Assembly (NCBI GenBank): GCA_903892045.1
Contig: CAITGX010000275.1
Span: 1 to 60,301 of the forward strand
Source of the DNA: an uncultured Planctomycetota bacterium
GTDB lineage: Bacteria; Planctomycetota; UBA1135; GCA-002686595
Direction: 5' to 3'
Length of the DNA: 60,301 nt
Part shown: positions 9,869-19,300 of the stretch, piece after piece
Position numbering within the stretch: the first letter of the stretch is position 1
Layout: every line of letters starts with the position of its first letter
The notes under the pieces: model-generated
What the model saw: the letters and a program-made list of their open reading frames with translations, nothing else
Databases searched by the model: none
What the model was told of the DNA's origin: nothing
Translations under genes and position numbers: made by a program

Positions 9869-10783
9869 TCAGGCGGCGCCCGCAGGCACGCGGCCGGTGA
9901 CCTTGCGGCAGATCTCGAGGTACTTCTCGACCGTGCGCTCGATCACCGCGGGCGACAGCGTCGGCGGCGGATACTGCTTGTTCCAGTCGAGCGTCTCGAG
10001 CCAGTCGCGCAGGTACTGCTTGTCGTAGCTCGGCGGGTTGCTGCCCGGCTTCCAAGACTCGGCCGGCCAGAAGCGCGAGGAATCCGGAGTGAGCGCCTCG
10101 TCGATCAGCAGCAGCTTGCCGTTGCGCAAGCCGAACTCGAACTTCGTGTCCGCGAGCAGGATGCCCTGTTTCGCGAGCAGCTCGCTCGCACGCGCGAACA
10201 GCGCGAGCGCGGAGCGCTCGGCAGCCTCGTAGAGCTCCGGCCCGACCTTGGCGCGCGCCTCGTCCGGCGTCAGCGGCAAGTCGTGCGCATCTTCCTTCGT
10301 GGTCGGAGTCAGGATCGGCTGCGGCAGCCTCGACGCGAGCACGAGTCCTTCCGGCAGCGGGATCCCGCACACGCTGCGCGAGCGCTGGTACTCCTTCAGT
10401 CCCGAGCCGGCGAGGTAGCCGCGCACGACCCACTCGACCGGCGTCGGCTGCGCGCGGCGCACGAGCATCACGCGGCCGCGCAGGCGCTCGCGCCACTCCT
10501 CGGTCAGCCCGTCGACGTCGTCGACCGAGGTGCTGACGAGGTGGTTGGGCACGATGTCGCGCGTCTTCTCGAACCAGTGCGCGGCGAGCATGGTCAAGAC
10601 CGCGCCCTTGAACGGCACGCCCTCGTTCATGATCACGTCGAAGGCCGACATGCGGTCGGATGTGACGAACAGGAGGTGCTCGGAGTCGACCGAGTAGATG
10701 TCGCGCACCTTGCCGCTCGCAAGCCACGTGACTCCGGGGATCGCGCGCTCGCGACCGAGGTAGATCGCTTGGGTCTTCGTCAT
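9869..10783 (-). CDS. purC: Phosphoribosylaminoimidazole-succinocarboxamide (SAICAR) synthase
   Basis: Long-form PurC pattern: GKVRDIY, SDRMSAFD, LLADTKFEFG, DSSRFWP. Confidence 0.92.
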   Translation of the reverse strand: MTKTQAIYLGRERAIPGVTWLASGKVRDIYSVDSEHLLFVTSDRMSAFDVIMNEGVPFKGAVLTMLAAHWFEKTRDIVPNHLVSTSVDDVDGLTEEWRERLRGRVMLVRRAQPTPVEWVVRGYLAGSGLKEYQRSRSVCGIPLPEGLVLASRLPQPILTPTTKEDAHDLPLTPDEARAKVGPELYEAAERSALALFARASELLAKQGILLADTKFEFGLRNGKLLLIDEALTPDSSRFWPAESWKPGSNPPSYDKQYLRDWLETLDWNKQYPPPTLSPAVIERTVEKYLEICRKVTGRVPAGAA

Positions 10784-10841
10784 GGGGCTCTGGGCGCTCC
10801 TGTCGCCGCTGCGCGCGAGTATGACCGCGGTTCGCGCGGGC

Positions 10842-10847
10842 TACAAT
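10842..10847 (+). promoter_or_regulatory. Possible -10 element (TACAAT) for aroA, implying a leaderless or near-leaderless transcript
   Basis: TACAAT at 10842-10847 lies 7 nt upstream of the aroA GTG (10855). There is only a weak -35-like ATGACC at 10821-10826 and no Shine-Dalgarno sequence. Confidence 0.3.
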
Positions 10848-10854
10848 CGCGCCG

Positions 10855-12219
10855 GTGAAGCCCGAGGACCGCAGCGTGGAGAGGCCGCACGATAGGCCGG
10901 CCCGCGTCCGCGGGCTCGCGCCCCTGGGGGCGGTGCGCGGGGAATTTCGCGCGGCGGGCTCGAAGTCGATCGCCCAGCGCGCGCTGGTGCTCGCGAGCCT
11001 CGCACAGGGCGAGACGCGCATCGCCGGCCTGCCCGCGGGGGCGGACGTGCGCTCGGCGCTCGGTGTGTTGCGCGCTGCGGGCATCGAAGTGCGCGAGCTC
11101 GCTCCGGCTGCGGTGTCCGTGCGCGGAGCGCCGCCGGGGCCGCACCGCGGCTGGCGCGCGGCGGCGCCGCTGGAGCTCGGCGAGAGCGGCACGCTCGCGC
11201 GCTTCTCGCTCGCCGTCGCGGGCCTGTGCGGGCGCAGCGAGGATCGCTTCGAGCTGCGCGCGTCGGGCACGCTCGCGCGCCGCCGCAGCGATGCACTCGT
11301 GCGCGCACTCGCGGAAGCGGGCGTGCAGTTCGAGAGCCCGCCTTGGCCCGCGCGGCTCGCGCCGATCGGACCGCCGCCGACCGTGCACCTGCGCGACGCG
11401 CGCTCGAGCCAGGAGGCGAGCGCGCTGGCGCTGGCGCTGTGCGCGTGGCCCGACGAGAGCGAGCTCCTCGTGCACGGCACGCTCCCGAGCGAGCCGTACT
11501 TCGAGATGACGCTGCGCATGCTCGCGCAGTTCGGCGCGCGCATCGAGCGCGTCGAGGGCGGCCTGCGACTGCGCGGGCCCTTGCGCGCCCCGGAGGCTCC
11601 GATCTCCGTCGAGCCGGACGCTTCGGCGGCCGCCGTCGCGCTCGCGGCGGGCTGTCTCGGCGGTGGCGAGGTGCTGGCGCGCGGACTCGCTCCCCTTGCG
11701 TTGCAAGGGGACGTGCGCATCGTCGAGCACCTGCGGGCGTTCGGCTGCCGCGCCGTGTTCGCGCGCGACGGACTGGTCGCGGCGGGCTTCCCGCAGCGCG
11801 CCGCGCGCGTGGACCTCTCGGGCGAGCCAGACCTCGCGCCGGTGCTGGCCGCCGTCGCTGCGGGAGCAGCGCTCGTCGATCCCGAAGGGACGAGCGAGCT
11901 CACCGGCCTCGGCACGCTGCCCGGCAAGGAGAGCTCGCGCATCGAGACGCTGGCGCAGGGACTGCGCGCCGCGGGCTGGCACGCCGAGGCTGGTGCGGAG
12001 CGCCTGCGCATCGCGGCGGGGGAGTATCGCGCCGGTCCGGTCGTGCCCGCGGACGTCGAGCTCGATCCGCGCGGCGACCATCGCATGGCCTTCGCCTTTG
12101 CGCTGCTCGGTCTGGTGCGACCCGGCGTGCTCGTGCGCGAGCCCGAGTGCGTCGCGAAGAGCTGGCCGTCCTTCTGGAAGGACCTCGCCGCGCTGGGCGC
12201 GCGCACGATCGAGCGATGA
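10855..12219 (+). CDS. aroA: 3-phosphoshikimate 1-carboxyvinyltransferase (EPSP synthase)
   Basis: GSKSIAQRAL near the N-terminus. LGESGTLARF. C-terminal DHRMAFAFALLG. The GTG start at 10855 is the most upstream option and the exact start is uncertain. Confidence 0.88.
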   Translation: MKPEDRSVERPHDRPARVRGLAPLGAVRGEFRAAGSKSIAQRALVLASLAQGETRIAGLPAGADVRSALGVLRAAGIEVRELAPAAVSVRGAPPGPHRGWRAAAPLELGESGTLARFSLAVAGLCGRSEDRFELRASGTLARRRSDALVRALAEAGVQFESPPWPARLAPIGPPPTVHLRDARSSQEASALALALCAWPDESELLVHGTLPSEPYFEMTLRMLAQFGARIERVEGGLRLRGPLRAPEAPISVEPDASAAAVALAAGCLGGGEVLARGLAPLALQGDVRIVEHLRAFGCRAVFARDGLVAAGFPQRAARVDLSGEPDLAPVLAAVAAGAALVDPEGTSELTGLGTLPGKESSRIETLAQGLRAAGWHAEAGAERLRIAAGEYRAGPVVPADVELDPRGDHRMAFAFALLGLVRPGVLVREPECVAKSWPSFWKDLAALGARTIER

Positions 12220-12572
12220 ACGAGCTCCCCCGACTCGCGCCCACCGAAGTAACGCGCCGCATGCGCAGCCACGATGCGCTGCTCGTGTGCGCGTACGACT
12301 CGCCGGTTTCGTTCCCGAAGTTCCCACTGCCCGGCGCGATCCCGCTCGAGCGCCTGAGGGAGCTCGAAGCGCAACTCGACTCCGACCGCGAGCTCGTCTT
12401 CTACTGTCGCTGCCCCGGCGATCGCACGGCGCTCGCGCGGGCCGCCGAGTATCGAGAGCGCGGCTTCGAGCGCTGCGCGGTGCTCGACGGCGGCTGGGAG
12501 GCGTGGGTGCTCGCGCTGGGCGACCGGGAAAAGAATGCGCGAGGCCCACACCGTCGGCCGGGGCTATCCTAG
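12216..12572 (+). CDS. Single-domain rhodanese-like protein
   Basis: 3' part of ORF 11226..12572. The ATG at 12216 overlaps the aroA stop (ATGA). Rhodanese-like layout with a candidate catalytic Cys loop FYCRCPGDR and C-terminal LDGGWEAW. Confidence 0.6.
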   Translation: MNELPRLAPTEVTRRMRSHDALLVCAYDSPVSFPKFPLPGAIPLERLRELEAQLDSDRELVFYCRCPGDRTALARAAEYRERGFERCAVLDGGWEAWVLALGDREKNARGPHRRPGLS

Positions 12573-12580
12573 GGAGCGCT

Positions 12581-13582
12581 ATGAGCTCCGCCCCGATCAC
12601 CGTCCAAGGACCCGTCCTCATCGCCGGCGGCGCCGGCTACATCGGCAGCCACACGGTGCGCCTGTTCCAGCAGCGCGGCATCCCGGTGCTCGTCGTCGAC
12701 AACCTCTCCACCGGCCACCGCGACGCAGTGACCTGCGACTTCGTGCAGGCCGACCTCGGCGACCGCGCGGCCCTCGACCGCATCTTCGCCGAGCGCAAGC
12801 CGCGCGCTGTGGTGCACTTCGCGGCCAAGGCCTACGTGGGCGAGAGCGTCGGCGACCCGGCCAAGTATTACCGCGAGAACGTGGTCGCGACCTTCACCTT
12901 GCTCGAGGCCATGCGCGCCGCGGGCTGTGGCGAGATCGTCTTCAGCTCGACCTGCGCGACGTACGGCAACCCGGTGCGCGTGCCGATCGACGAGGACCAT
13001 CCCCAGAACCCGATCTCGCCCTACGGTCGCACGAAGCTGCACATCGAGCACATGCTCGAGGACTACTCGCGCGCCTATGGCCTGCGCTTTGCGGCCCTGC
13101 GCTACTTCAACGCCGCGGGCGCCGCGCAGGACGCGAGCCTCGGCGAGCGCCACGACCCCGAGACGCACATCATCCCGCTCGTGCTCGACGCGGCCGCGGG
13201 CCTGCGCAAGGACATCGCGGTCTTCGGCGAGGACTACCCGACGCCGGACGGCACCTGCGTGCGCGACTACATCCACGTCGAGGACCTCGCCGACGCCCAC
13301 CTGCGCGCGCTGGCCAAGCTGCAGGGCGGCGCGAGCGCCATCAAGGTCAACCTCGGCACGGGGCAGGGCTTCTCGGTCCGGCAGGTGATCGAGGCGGCGC
13401 GCAAGGTCACCGGCCTGCCGATCCCCGTGCGCATGGCGCCGCGACGCGAGGGCGATCCGGCCCAGGTCATGGCCGGCGGCACCCGCGCCCGGGACGTGCT
13501 CGGCTGGGTCCCGGCCCGCCCCGGGCTCGAGGACATCGTCGGCGACGCGTGGCGTTTCCACTGCCGCCGTCGCGGGCAGTAG
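12581..13582 (+). CDS. galE: UDP-glucose 4-epimerase
   Basis: 3' part of ORF 11663..13582 from ATG 12581. Rossmann motif GGAGYIGSH. Catalytic YGRTK (YxxxK). DYIHVEDLA. Confidence 0.9.
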   Translation: MSSAPITVQGPVLIAGGAGYIGSHTVRLFQQRGIPVLVVDNLSTGHRDAVTCDFVQADLGDRAALDRIFAERKPRAVVHFAAKAYVGESVGDPAKYYRENVVATFTLLEAMRAAGCGEIVFSSTCATYGNPVRVPIDEDHPQNPISPYGRTKLHIEHMLEDYSRAYGLRFAALRYFNAAGAAQDASLGERHDPETHIIPLVLDAAAGLRKDIAVFGEDYPTPDGTCVRDYIHVEDLADAHLRALAKLQGGASAIKVNLGTGQGFSVRQVIEAARKVTGLPIPVRMAPRREGDPAQVMAGGTRARDVLGWVPARPGLEDIVGDAWRFHCRRRGQ

Positions 13583-13753
13583 GAAACGTCAGTTCAGGCT
13601 CGATTTGGCCGCCGCGGTCGCCAGAATCTCGGGCCACCGCGAGGGGACGCGGGCGAGCCTCGGGCCGCGGCGAATGGACGCCCGGCGCGCGGGCATCGTC
13701 CGTTCTGCTCCCCGCGCGGCGAGACGGCCGCGCGTCGGCCGTGAATCGCACCG

Positions 13754-15376
13754 ATGGCCGAGCGCAAGCAGTCCTCCAGCAAGTCGTCGTACCTCCGCAT
13801 CGCGCTGATCCTCGCGCTGAACGCGGCCGCCGTGTTCGCGCTGTGGCGCATCTGGCCGCGCGGCTCGAGCAACGCGTCCGCGGGAAGCGTGCAGGCCGCG
13901 AGCGCGCCGCGCGTGGTGGAGGAGATCCCGAAGGGACCGCCGCCGCTCGCGCCCGAGGCGCGCAACAGGCTCGAGCGCGACCTGCGCGCGATCGTCGCCG
14001 AGTGGGTCGAGCGCGCGCGCAAGGAGAGCAAGAACAAGGTCCACCAGGGCAACGCCGCCGTCGCGCTGCACGTGCGCGAGGTCGGCTCCGGTGCGGTGGG
14101 AGAGATTGCGCTCGGCTCCGACCGGCTGATGCGCCCGGCGTCGAACCTGAAGCTGATCACGACCGCGGCCGCGCTCGTGCTGCTCGGTCCCGATGGCGCG
14201 TTTCGCACGCGCTTCGACACCAGCGGACCGGTGGTCGAGGGCGTGCTGCGCGGCAACCTCGTGGTGCGCGCCGGCGCGGATCCGCTCTACGACAGCGTCG
14301 CGAACGGCGACGTCGAGCACCTGCTCGCGCCCGCGCTCGACCAGCTCGTCGCGCAGGGCGTGCGCGTCATCGCGGGCGACATCGTGCTCGACGAAGGCAC
14401 GTACCAGACGCCCGCCGCGGCTCCGCAGTGGCCCGATGCCGGCCAGCACTGGGCCGAGTACTGCGCGCTCGCGGGCGGCTTCACCGCCAACCGCGGCTGC
14501 CTGACGGCGGTGGTGAGCCCGGGAGCGGTCGGCGGCCCGGCCCGCGTCAGCCTGTTCCCGCGCGAGCATGGCCTCGCTGTGAACCTCGGCGTGCGCACGG
14601 AAGCCAAGGGCAAGCTCGACGTGCAGTGCGGAGCGAAGCCCAGCGGGGTGCTCGTGCGCGGCTCGATCCCCGCGAAGAGCGAGACGTTCGTGGCCTCGTT
14701 CTCGCACCCCGATCCCGTCGAGCTCTTCGGAAACGCGCTCGGCGGTGCGCTCGCGCGCCGTGGCGTCGTCGTGCAAGGCCGACTGCGCCGCGAGCGCAAC
14801 GCGCCCGCTCAAGCGACCCTGGCGCTGCTCGAGACGCCGATCGAGCGTGTGCTCGGGCCGATCAACGCGGACTCGACCAATGCTGCCGCGGACCAGCTGT
14901 TCCTCGCCACCGCGCAGGCGATCACGGGGCAGGGTACGCGCGCCGCGGGCGCGCAGGCGACACAGCTCGCGCTGCAGCGGCTCGGCATCTCGACCGACGG
15001 CCTCGCGCAGGTCGACGGCTCGGGACTCTCGCGCGCCAACCAGGTGACCGCACGGCAGGTGGTCGCGCTGGTCGAGAAAGTGCTCACGCAGGACGGGCGC
15101 AGCGCGCGCATGTTCCTCGACTCGCTCGCGGTCGCGGGCGAGCGCGGCACGCTCGACGACCGGATGACGAAGGGCCCTGCGCGCGGCCGCGTGCGCGCGA
15201 AGACGGGCTTCATCGCCGGCACGAGTGCGCTCTCGGGAGTCGCGGAGACCGTCGAGGGACGGCGCTTCGCGTTCTCGATCCTCGTCAACTACCCCGACGT
15301 CGGCGGGCTCAATCCGAGCGTCTGGAAGCCGATGCAGGACGCGCTCTGCGAGCGGCTGGTCGAAACGCGGCCGTGA
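13754..15376 (+). CDS. dacB: D-alanyl-D-alanine carboxypeptidase/endopeptidase (PBP4, peptidase S13)
   Basis: N-terminal membrane/signal segment. SxxK (PASNLK). DGSGLS. KTG (AKTGFIAGTSALSG). Confidence 0.85.
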   Translation: MAERKQSSSKSSYLRIALILALNAAAVFALWRIWPRGSSNASAGSVQAASAPRVVEEIPKGPPPLAPEARNRLERDLRAIVAEWVERARKESKNKVHQGNAAVALHVREVGSGAVGEIALGSDRLMRPASNLKLITTAAALVLLGPDGAFRTRFDTSGPVVEGVLRGNLVVRAGADPLYDSVANGDVEHLLAPALDQLVAQGVRVIAGDIVLDEGTYQTPAAAPQWPDAGQHWAEYCALAGGFTANRGCLTAVVSPGAVGGPARVSLFPREHGLAVNLGVRTEAKGKLDVQCGAKPSGVLVRGSIPAKSETFVASFSHPDPVELFGNALGGALARRGVVVQGRLRRERNAPAQATLALLETPIERVLGPINADSTNAAADQLFLATAQAITGQGTRAAGAQATQLALQRLGISTDGLAQVDGSGLSRANQVTARQVVALVEKVLTQDGRSARMFLDSLAVAGERGTLDDRMTKGPARGRVRAKTGFIAGTSALSGVAETVEGRRFAFSILVNYPDVGGLNPSVWKPMQDALCERLVETRP

Positions 15377-16179
15377 GCGAGCGCACCGACGACCTCGAGC
15401 GCTGGAAGTCCGTGGCGGTCGAGGCCGCCCACGCGGCTGGCCGCGTGCTGATGGAGCACTTCGGGCACATCGCGCGCAGCGACGTCGGCTCGAAGTCCGC
15501 GGCGCGCGACCTCGTGACGAAGGCGGACGTGGCGAGCGAGCGCGCCGTGGTCGCGGTCCTGCGGCGCGAGTGCCCCGAGCACGCGATCGAGGCCGAGGAA
15601 GAGGTGCGGGACAAGCCGCGAGCGGAGGACGAGCTGCGCTGGTTCGTTGACCCGCTCGATGGCACCACCAACTTCGTGCACCAGCTGCCGACGTTCTCGG
15701 TGTCGATCGGCCTCTATCGCGGCGCGACGCCGCTCGTCGGAGTGGTCCACGCGCCGCGACTCGGCGAGACCTACGCGGCGCGCGCAGGCGGGGGCACGAG
15801 CGTCAACGGCGTGCCCGTGCGCGTGTCCGGCTGCGAGAGCCTGCGCGACGCGATCCTCGCCACCGGCTTCCCGTACCGGCGCGAGACGCTGCGCTGCGAC
15901 AACGTCGACAACTTCCGCCGCTTCATCCTCGAGGTGCGCGACATCCGGCGCATGGGCTCGGCGGCCCTCGACCTCGCCTGGGTCGCCGCGGGCCGGATGG
16001 ACGGATTCTGGGAGCTGCACCTCGCGCCCCACGACGTGGCGGCGGGGGCGCTGCTGGTGCGGGAATCCGGAGGCGTCGTCAGCGACGCGGACGGCGGCGA
16101 GCACTGGCTGCGGGGCGGGCACATCGTGGCCTGCGTTCCGGCCCTGCACGCCGAAATGCTCGGGAAAATCGGCCACTAG
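15373..16179 (+). CDS. suhB: Inositol monophosphatase family protein
   Basis: 3' part of ORF 12535..16179. The GTG at 15373 overlaps the dacB stop (GTGA). Motifs WFVDPLDGTTNF and GSAALDLAWVAAGRMDGFWE. Confidence 0.85.
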   Translation: MSERTDDLERWKSVAVEAAHAAGRVLMEHFGHIARSDVGSKSAARDLVTKADVASERAVVAVLRRECPEHAIEAEEEVRDKPRAEDELRWFVDPLDGTTNFVHQLPTFSVSIGLYRGATPLVGVVHAPRLGETYAARAGGGTSVNGVPVRVSGCESLRDAILATGFPYRRETLRCDNVDNFRRFILEVRDIRRMGSAALDLAWVAAGRMDGFWELHLAPHDVAAGALLVRESGGVVSDADGGEHWLRGGHIVACVPALHAEMLGKIGH

Positions 16180-16385
16180 CTGCGGCGAGAGCCCGCGTTC
16201 CGGCGGGGGACGATTCCCGCTCGCGAGACGGCCCCGAGGAAGACTCGGCCGGGGAGCGGTGGCCTTTCGGCGACTTGCGCGCGGCGCTACGATGCCCGCT
16301 TGCGGAGTTTCCTGCCCTAGCTCCGCGAAGCCCGCCGGGTTCGGTGCGCTTTGCGACTGCGGGAAGCCCCGCGCGCACCCTGCCC

Positions 16386-19300
16386 ATGCAGCGCCAAGAG
16401 GATGTCCGGCCGCAGGCCGCGGCGACGAGCGCGATCCGCGTCCGCGGAGCGCGTGTGCACAACCTGCACGGCGTCGACGTCGACATCCCGCGCAACGAGC
16501 TGGTGGCGATCACGGGCGTGTCGGGCTCGGGCAAGAGCTCGCTCGCCTTCGACACGCTGTTCCGCGAGGGACAGCGGCGCTTCCTCGAGACGCTGTCGGC
16601 GTACGCGCGCCAGTTCCTCGGGCGCATGGAGAAGCCCGACGTCGACTCGATCGAGGGCCTCGCGCCGGCGATCGCCGTCGATCAGGCGGCCGCGAGCTCG
16701 AGTCCGCGCTCGACCGTCGGCACGCTGACGGAGATCTTCGACCACCTGCGCGTGCTGTACGCGCGCGCCGGCCGGCCGCACTGCCCCAAGTGCAACGTGC
16801 CGCTGCAGTCGCTGACCCCGGAGTCGATCGTGCAGCAGGCGCTCGAGCTGTACGAGGGCAAGGCGGTCAACGTGCTCGCGCCGCTCATCCGCGACCGCAA
16901 GGGCCAGCACGAGGAGGTGCTCGAGGGACTCAAGCGCCGTGGACTGATCCGCGCGCGCGTCGATGGCACGATCGTGCGCATCGAGGAGGCGCCCAAGCTC
17001 GAGCGCTACGTGCGGCACACGATCGAGGCGGTCGTCGATCGCCTGCGCCCCGAGCGCGAGCAGCCCACGCGCCTGCGCGAGGCCGTCGAGAACGCGCTCG
17101 AGCTCTCCGGCGGTGACGTGATCTTCGCTCCGAGCGAGGAGGGACTCCCGGAGCGCGCGTGGTCCACGTCGCGCAACTGCCCTGGCTGCGGCGCCGACAC
17201 GCCGCCCCTCGAGCCGCGCCTCTTCTCGTTCAACTCTCCGCATGGCGCATGCCCGCAGTGCGAGGGACTCGGCCTGCGTCGGCAGGCGAGCGAGTCGCGC
17301 ATCGTGCGCGACGCCTCGCTCTCGATCCGCGAGGGAGCGCTCGCGGTCTCGAGCAAGTCCGGAACGTCGCTCAACTACCCGCCGGTCGACTTCGACTTCC
17401 TCGAGCAGGTCGCCGCGTCGTTCGACTTCGACCTCGACACGCCGTGGAAGGACCTGCCGCGCAGCGCGCGCCGCGTGATCCTGCACGGCGCGGGCGACGA
17501 GCGCTTCGAGGATGACTTCTCCTGGAACGGCGCGAAGTACCAGGGCTCGATCAAGTGGCAGCGGCGCTTCAAGGGCGTGATTCCGGCGCTGGAGAAGGCG
17601 GCTGCGGGCGGCAAGGCGACCGCGAGCGCGTTCTTCACGACGGCGGCCTGCGAGGCCTGCGCCGGAACGCGTCTCAAGCCGGCGGCGCTGGCCGTGCTCT
17701 TCGGCGGGGCATCGCTGCGCGAGCTGCTCAACCTCTCCATCCGCGAACTCGAGCCGCGACTCGAGAAGCTCGAGCTCTCCGCGCGCGAGGCGCGCATCGC
17801 TCGCGACCTGCTCGCGGAGGTCCGGAGGCGCACCGAGTTCCTGCGGCAGGTCGGCCTCGACTACCTGACGCTCGCGCGTGGTGCCGACACGCTCTCTGGC
17901 GGCGAGGCCCAGCGCATCCGGCTCGCGGCACAGCTCGGCAGCGCGCTGCAGGGCGTGCTGTACGTCCTCGACGAACCTTCGATCGGCCTCCACGCGCGCG
18001 ACCACGCCCAGCTGCTGCACGCGCTACAGCGCTTGCGCGACGGCGGCAACACGGTCGTGGTCGTCGAGCACGTCGAGGCCACGCTGCGCGCCGCGGACCA
18101 CATCATCGACGTCGGCCCGGGTGCGGGGCGCAACGGTGGCCACATCGTGGCGCGCGGCACGCCGCAGGACGTCGCGCGCGCGGACTCGCCGACGGGGCGC
18201 TTCCTGCGCGGCGAGCTCTCGATGCCCGCGCCCGCGCAGCGGCGCACCGGCAACGGCGAGTTCCTCGAGATCGAGGGAGCGCGCGCCTTCAACCTCAAGG
18301 GTGTCGACGCGCGCTTCCCGCTCGGCACGCTGTGCGTCGTCTCCGGCGTCAGCGGCTCGGGCAAGTCGACGCTGGTGAACCGCATCCTGCAGCCGGTGCT
18401 CGCGGCGCACCTCGAGCGCGAGGGCGACGAGCCCGGCGAGCACACGCGCGTGCGCGGCCTCGAGCGCGTGGGGGACATGGTGGCGATCGATGCCAGCCCG
18501 ATCGGTCGCACGCCGCGCAGCAACCCAGCCACGTATACGGGCGTGTTCGACCCGATCCGCGACCTGTTCGCGGCGCTGCCCGAGTCGCGCGTGCGCGGCT
18601 ACACGAAGTCGCGCTTCTCGTTCAACGTCGAGGGCGGTCGCTGCGAGGCCTGCGGCGGCGCGGGCTCCAAGCTCGTCGAGCTGCAGTTCCTCGCGCCCGT
18701 GACGGTGCCCTGCGACGAGTGCGGCGGCGAGCGCTTCCAGTCCGAGACGCTCGACGTGCGCTACAAGGAGAAGTCGATCGCCGACGTGCTCGCGCTCACG
18801 GTCGAGGAGGCGCTCGAGCTGTTCAAGGACCACCCGAAGATCGCGCGGCCGCTGCAGGCCATGGCGGACGTGGGCCTCTCGTACCTGACGCTCGGCCAGC
18901 CCTCGACGACCATCTCGGGCGGCGAGGCGCAGCGCATCAAGCTGGTCACGCAGCTGCAGAAGCGCGCCCGCGAGCACACCGTCTACCTGCTCGACGAGCC
19001 GACGACCGGGTTGCACCCGCAGGACATCGCGCGCCTCGTCGGAGCGCTGCAGCGCCTCGTCGACGCGGGTCACACCGCGATCGTGATCGAGCACAACCTC
19101 GACGTGATCCGAGCGGCGGACCACGTGCTCGATCTCGGGCCCGGCGGCGGTGACGCGGGTGGCGAGCTGGTCGCCTCGGGAACGCCGGAGCAGCTGATGC
19201 GCAACAAGCGCTCTGCGACGGGCGCCGCTCTGCGCGGCGAGCACGCGGTCGCTCGCAAGCAGCAGCTCGGCCGCGGCGAGCACGTGCCGAGCGACCGCAT

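Noticed and set aside
8790-12551. Very long ORFs in the six-frame track, e.g. 8790..12551 (-, 1253 aa), 38756..42487 (-, 1243 aa), 18024..21989 (-, 1321 aa), 12535..16179 (+, 1214 aa), 19622..23962 (+, 1446 aa), 23908..26976 (-, 1022 aa).
   Set aside because: Their translations are Arg/Ala/Pro/Gly-rich with no motifs, and they run antisense to or out of frame with well-supported genes. Stop codons are rare in about 70% GC DNA, so such ORFs are expected by chance. Where the 3' end is a real gene (mtnA, suhB, XPB) only that part was annotated.
16180-16385. Search for an SOS (LexA) box or clear promoter upstream of the UvrA-UvrA gene.
   Set aside because: No CTGT-N8-ACAG, GAAC-N4-GTTC or GTTC-N7-GTTC type palindrome was found, and no convincing -35/-10 pair. 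Regulation cannot be inferred from sequence alone.
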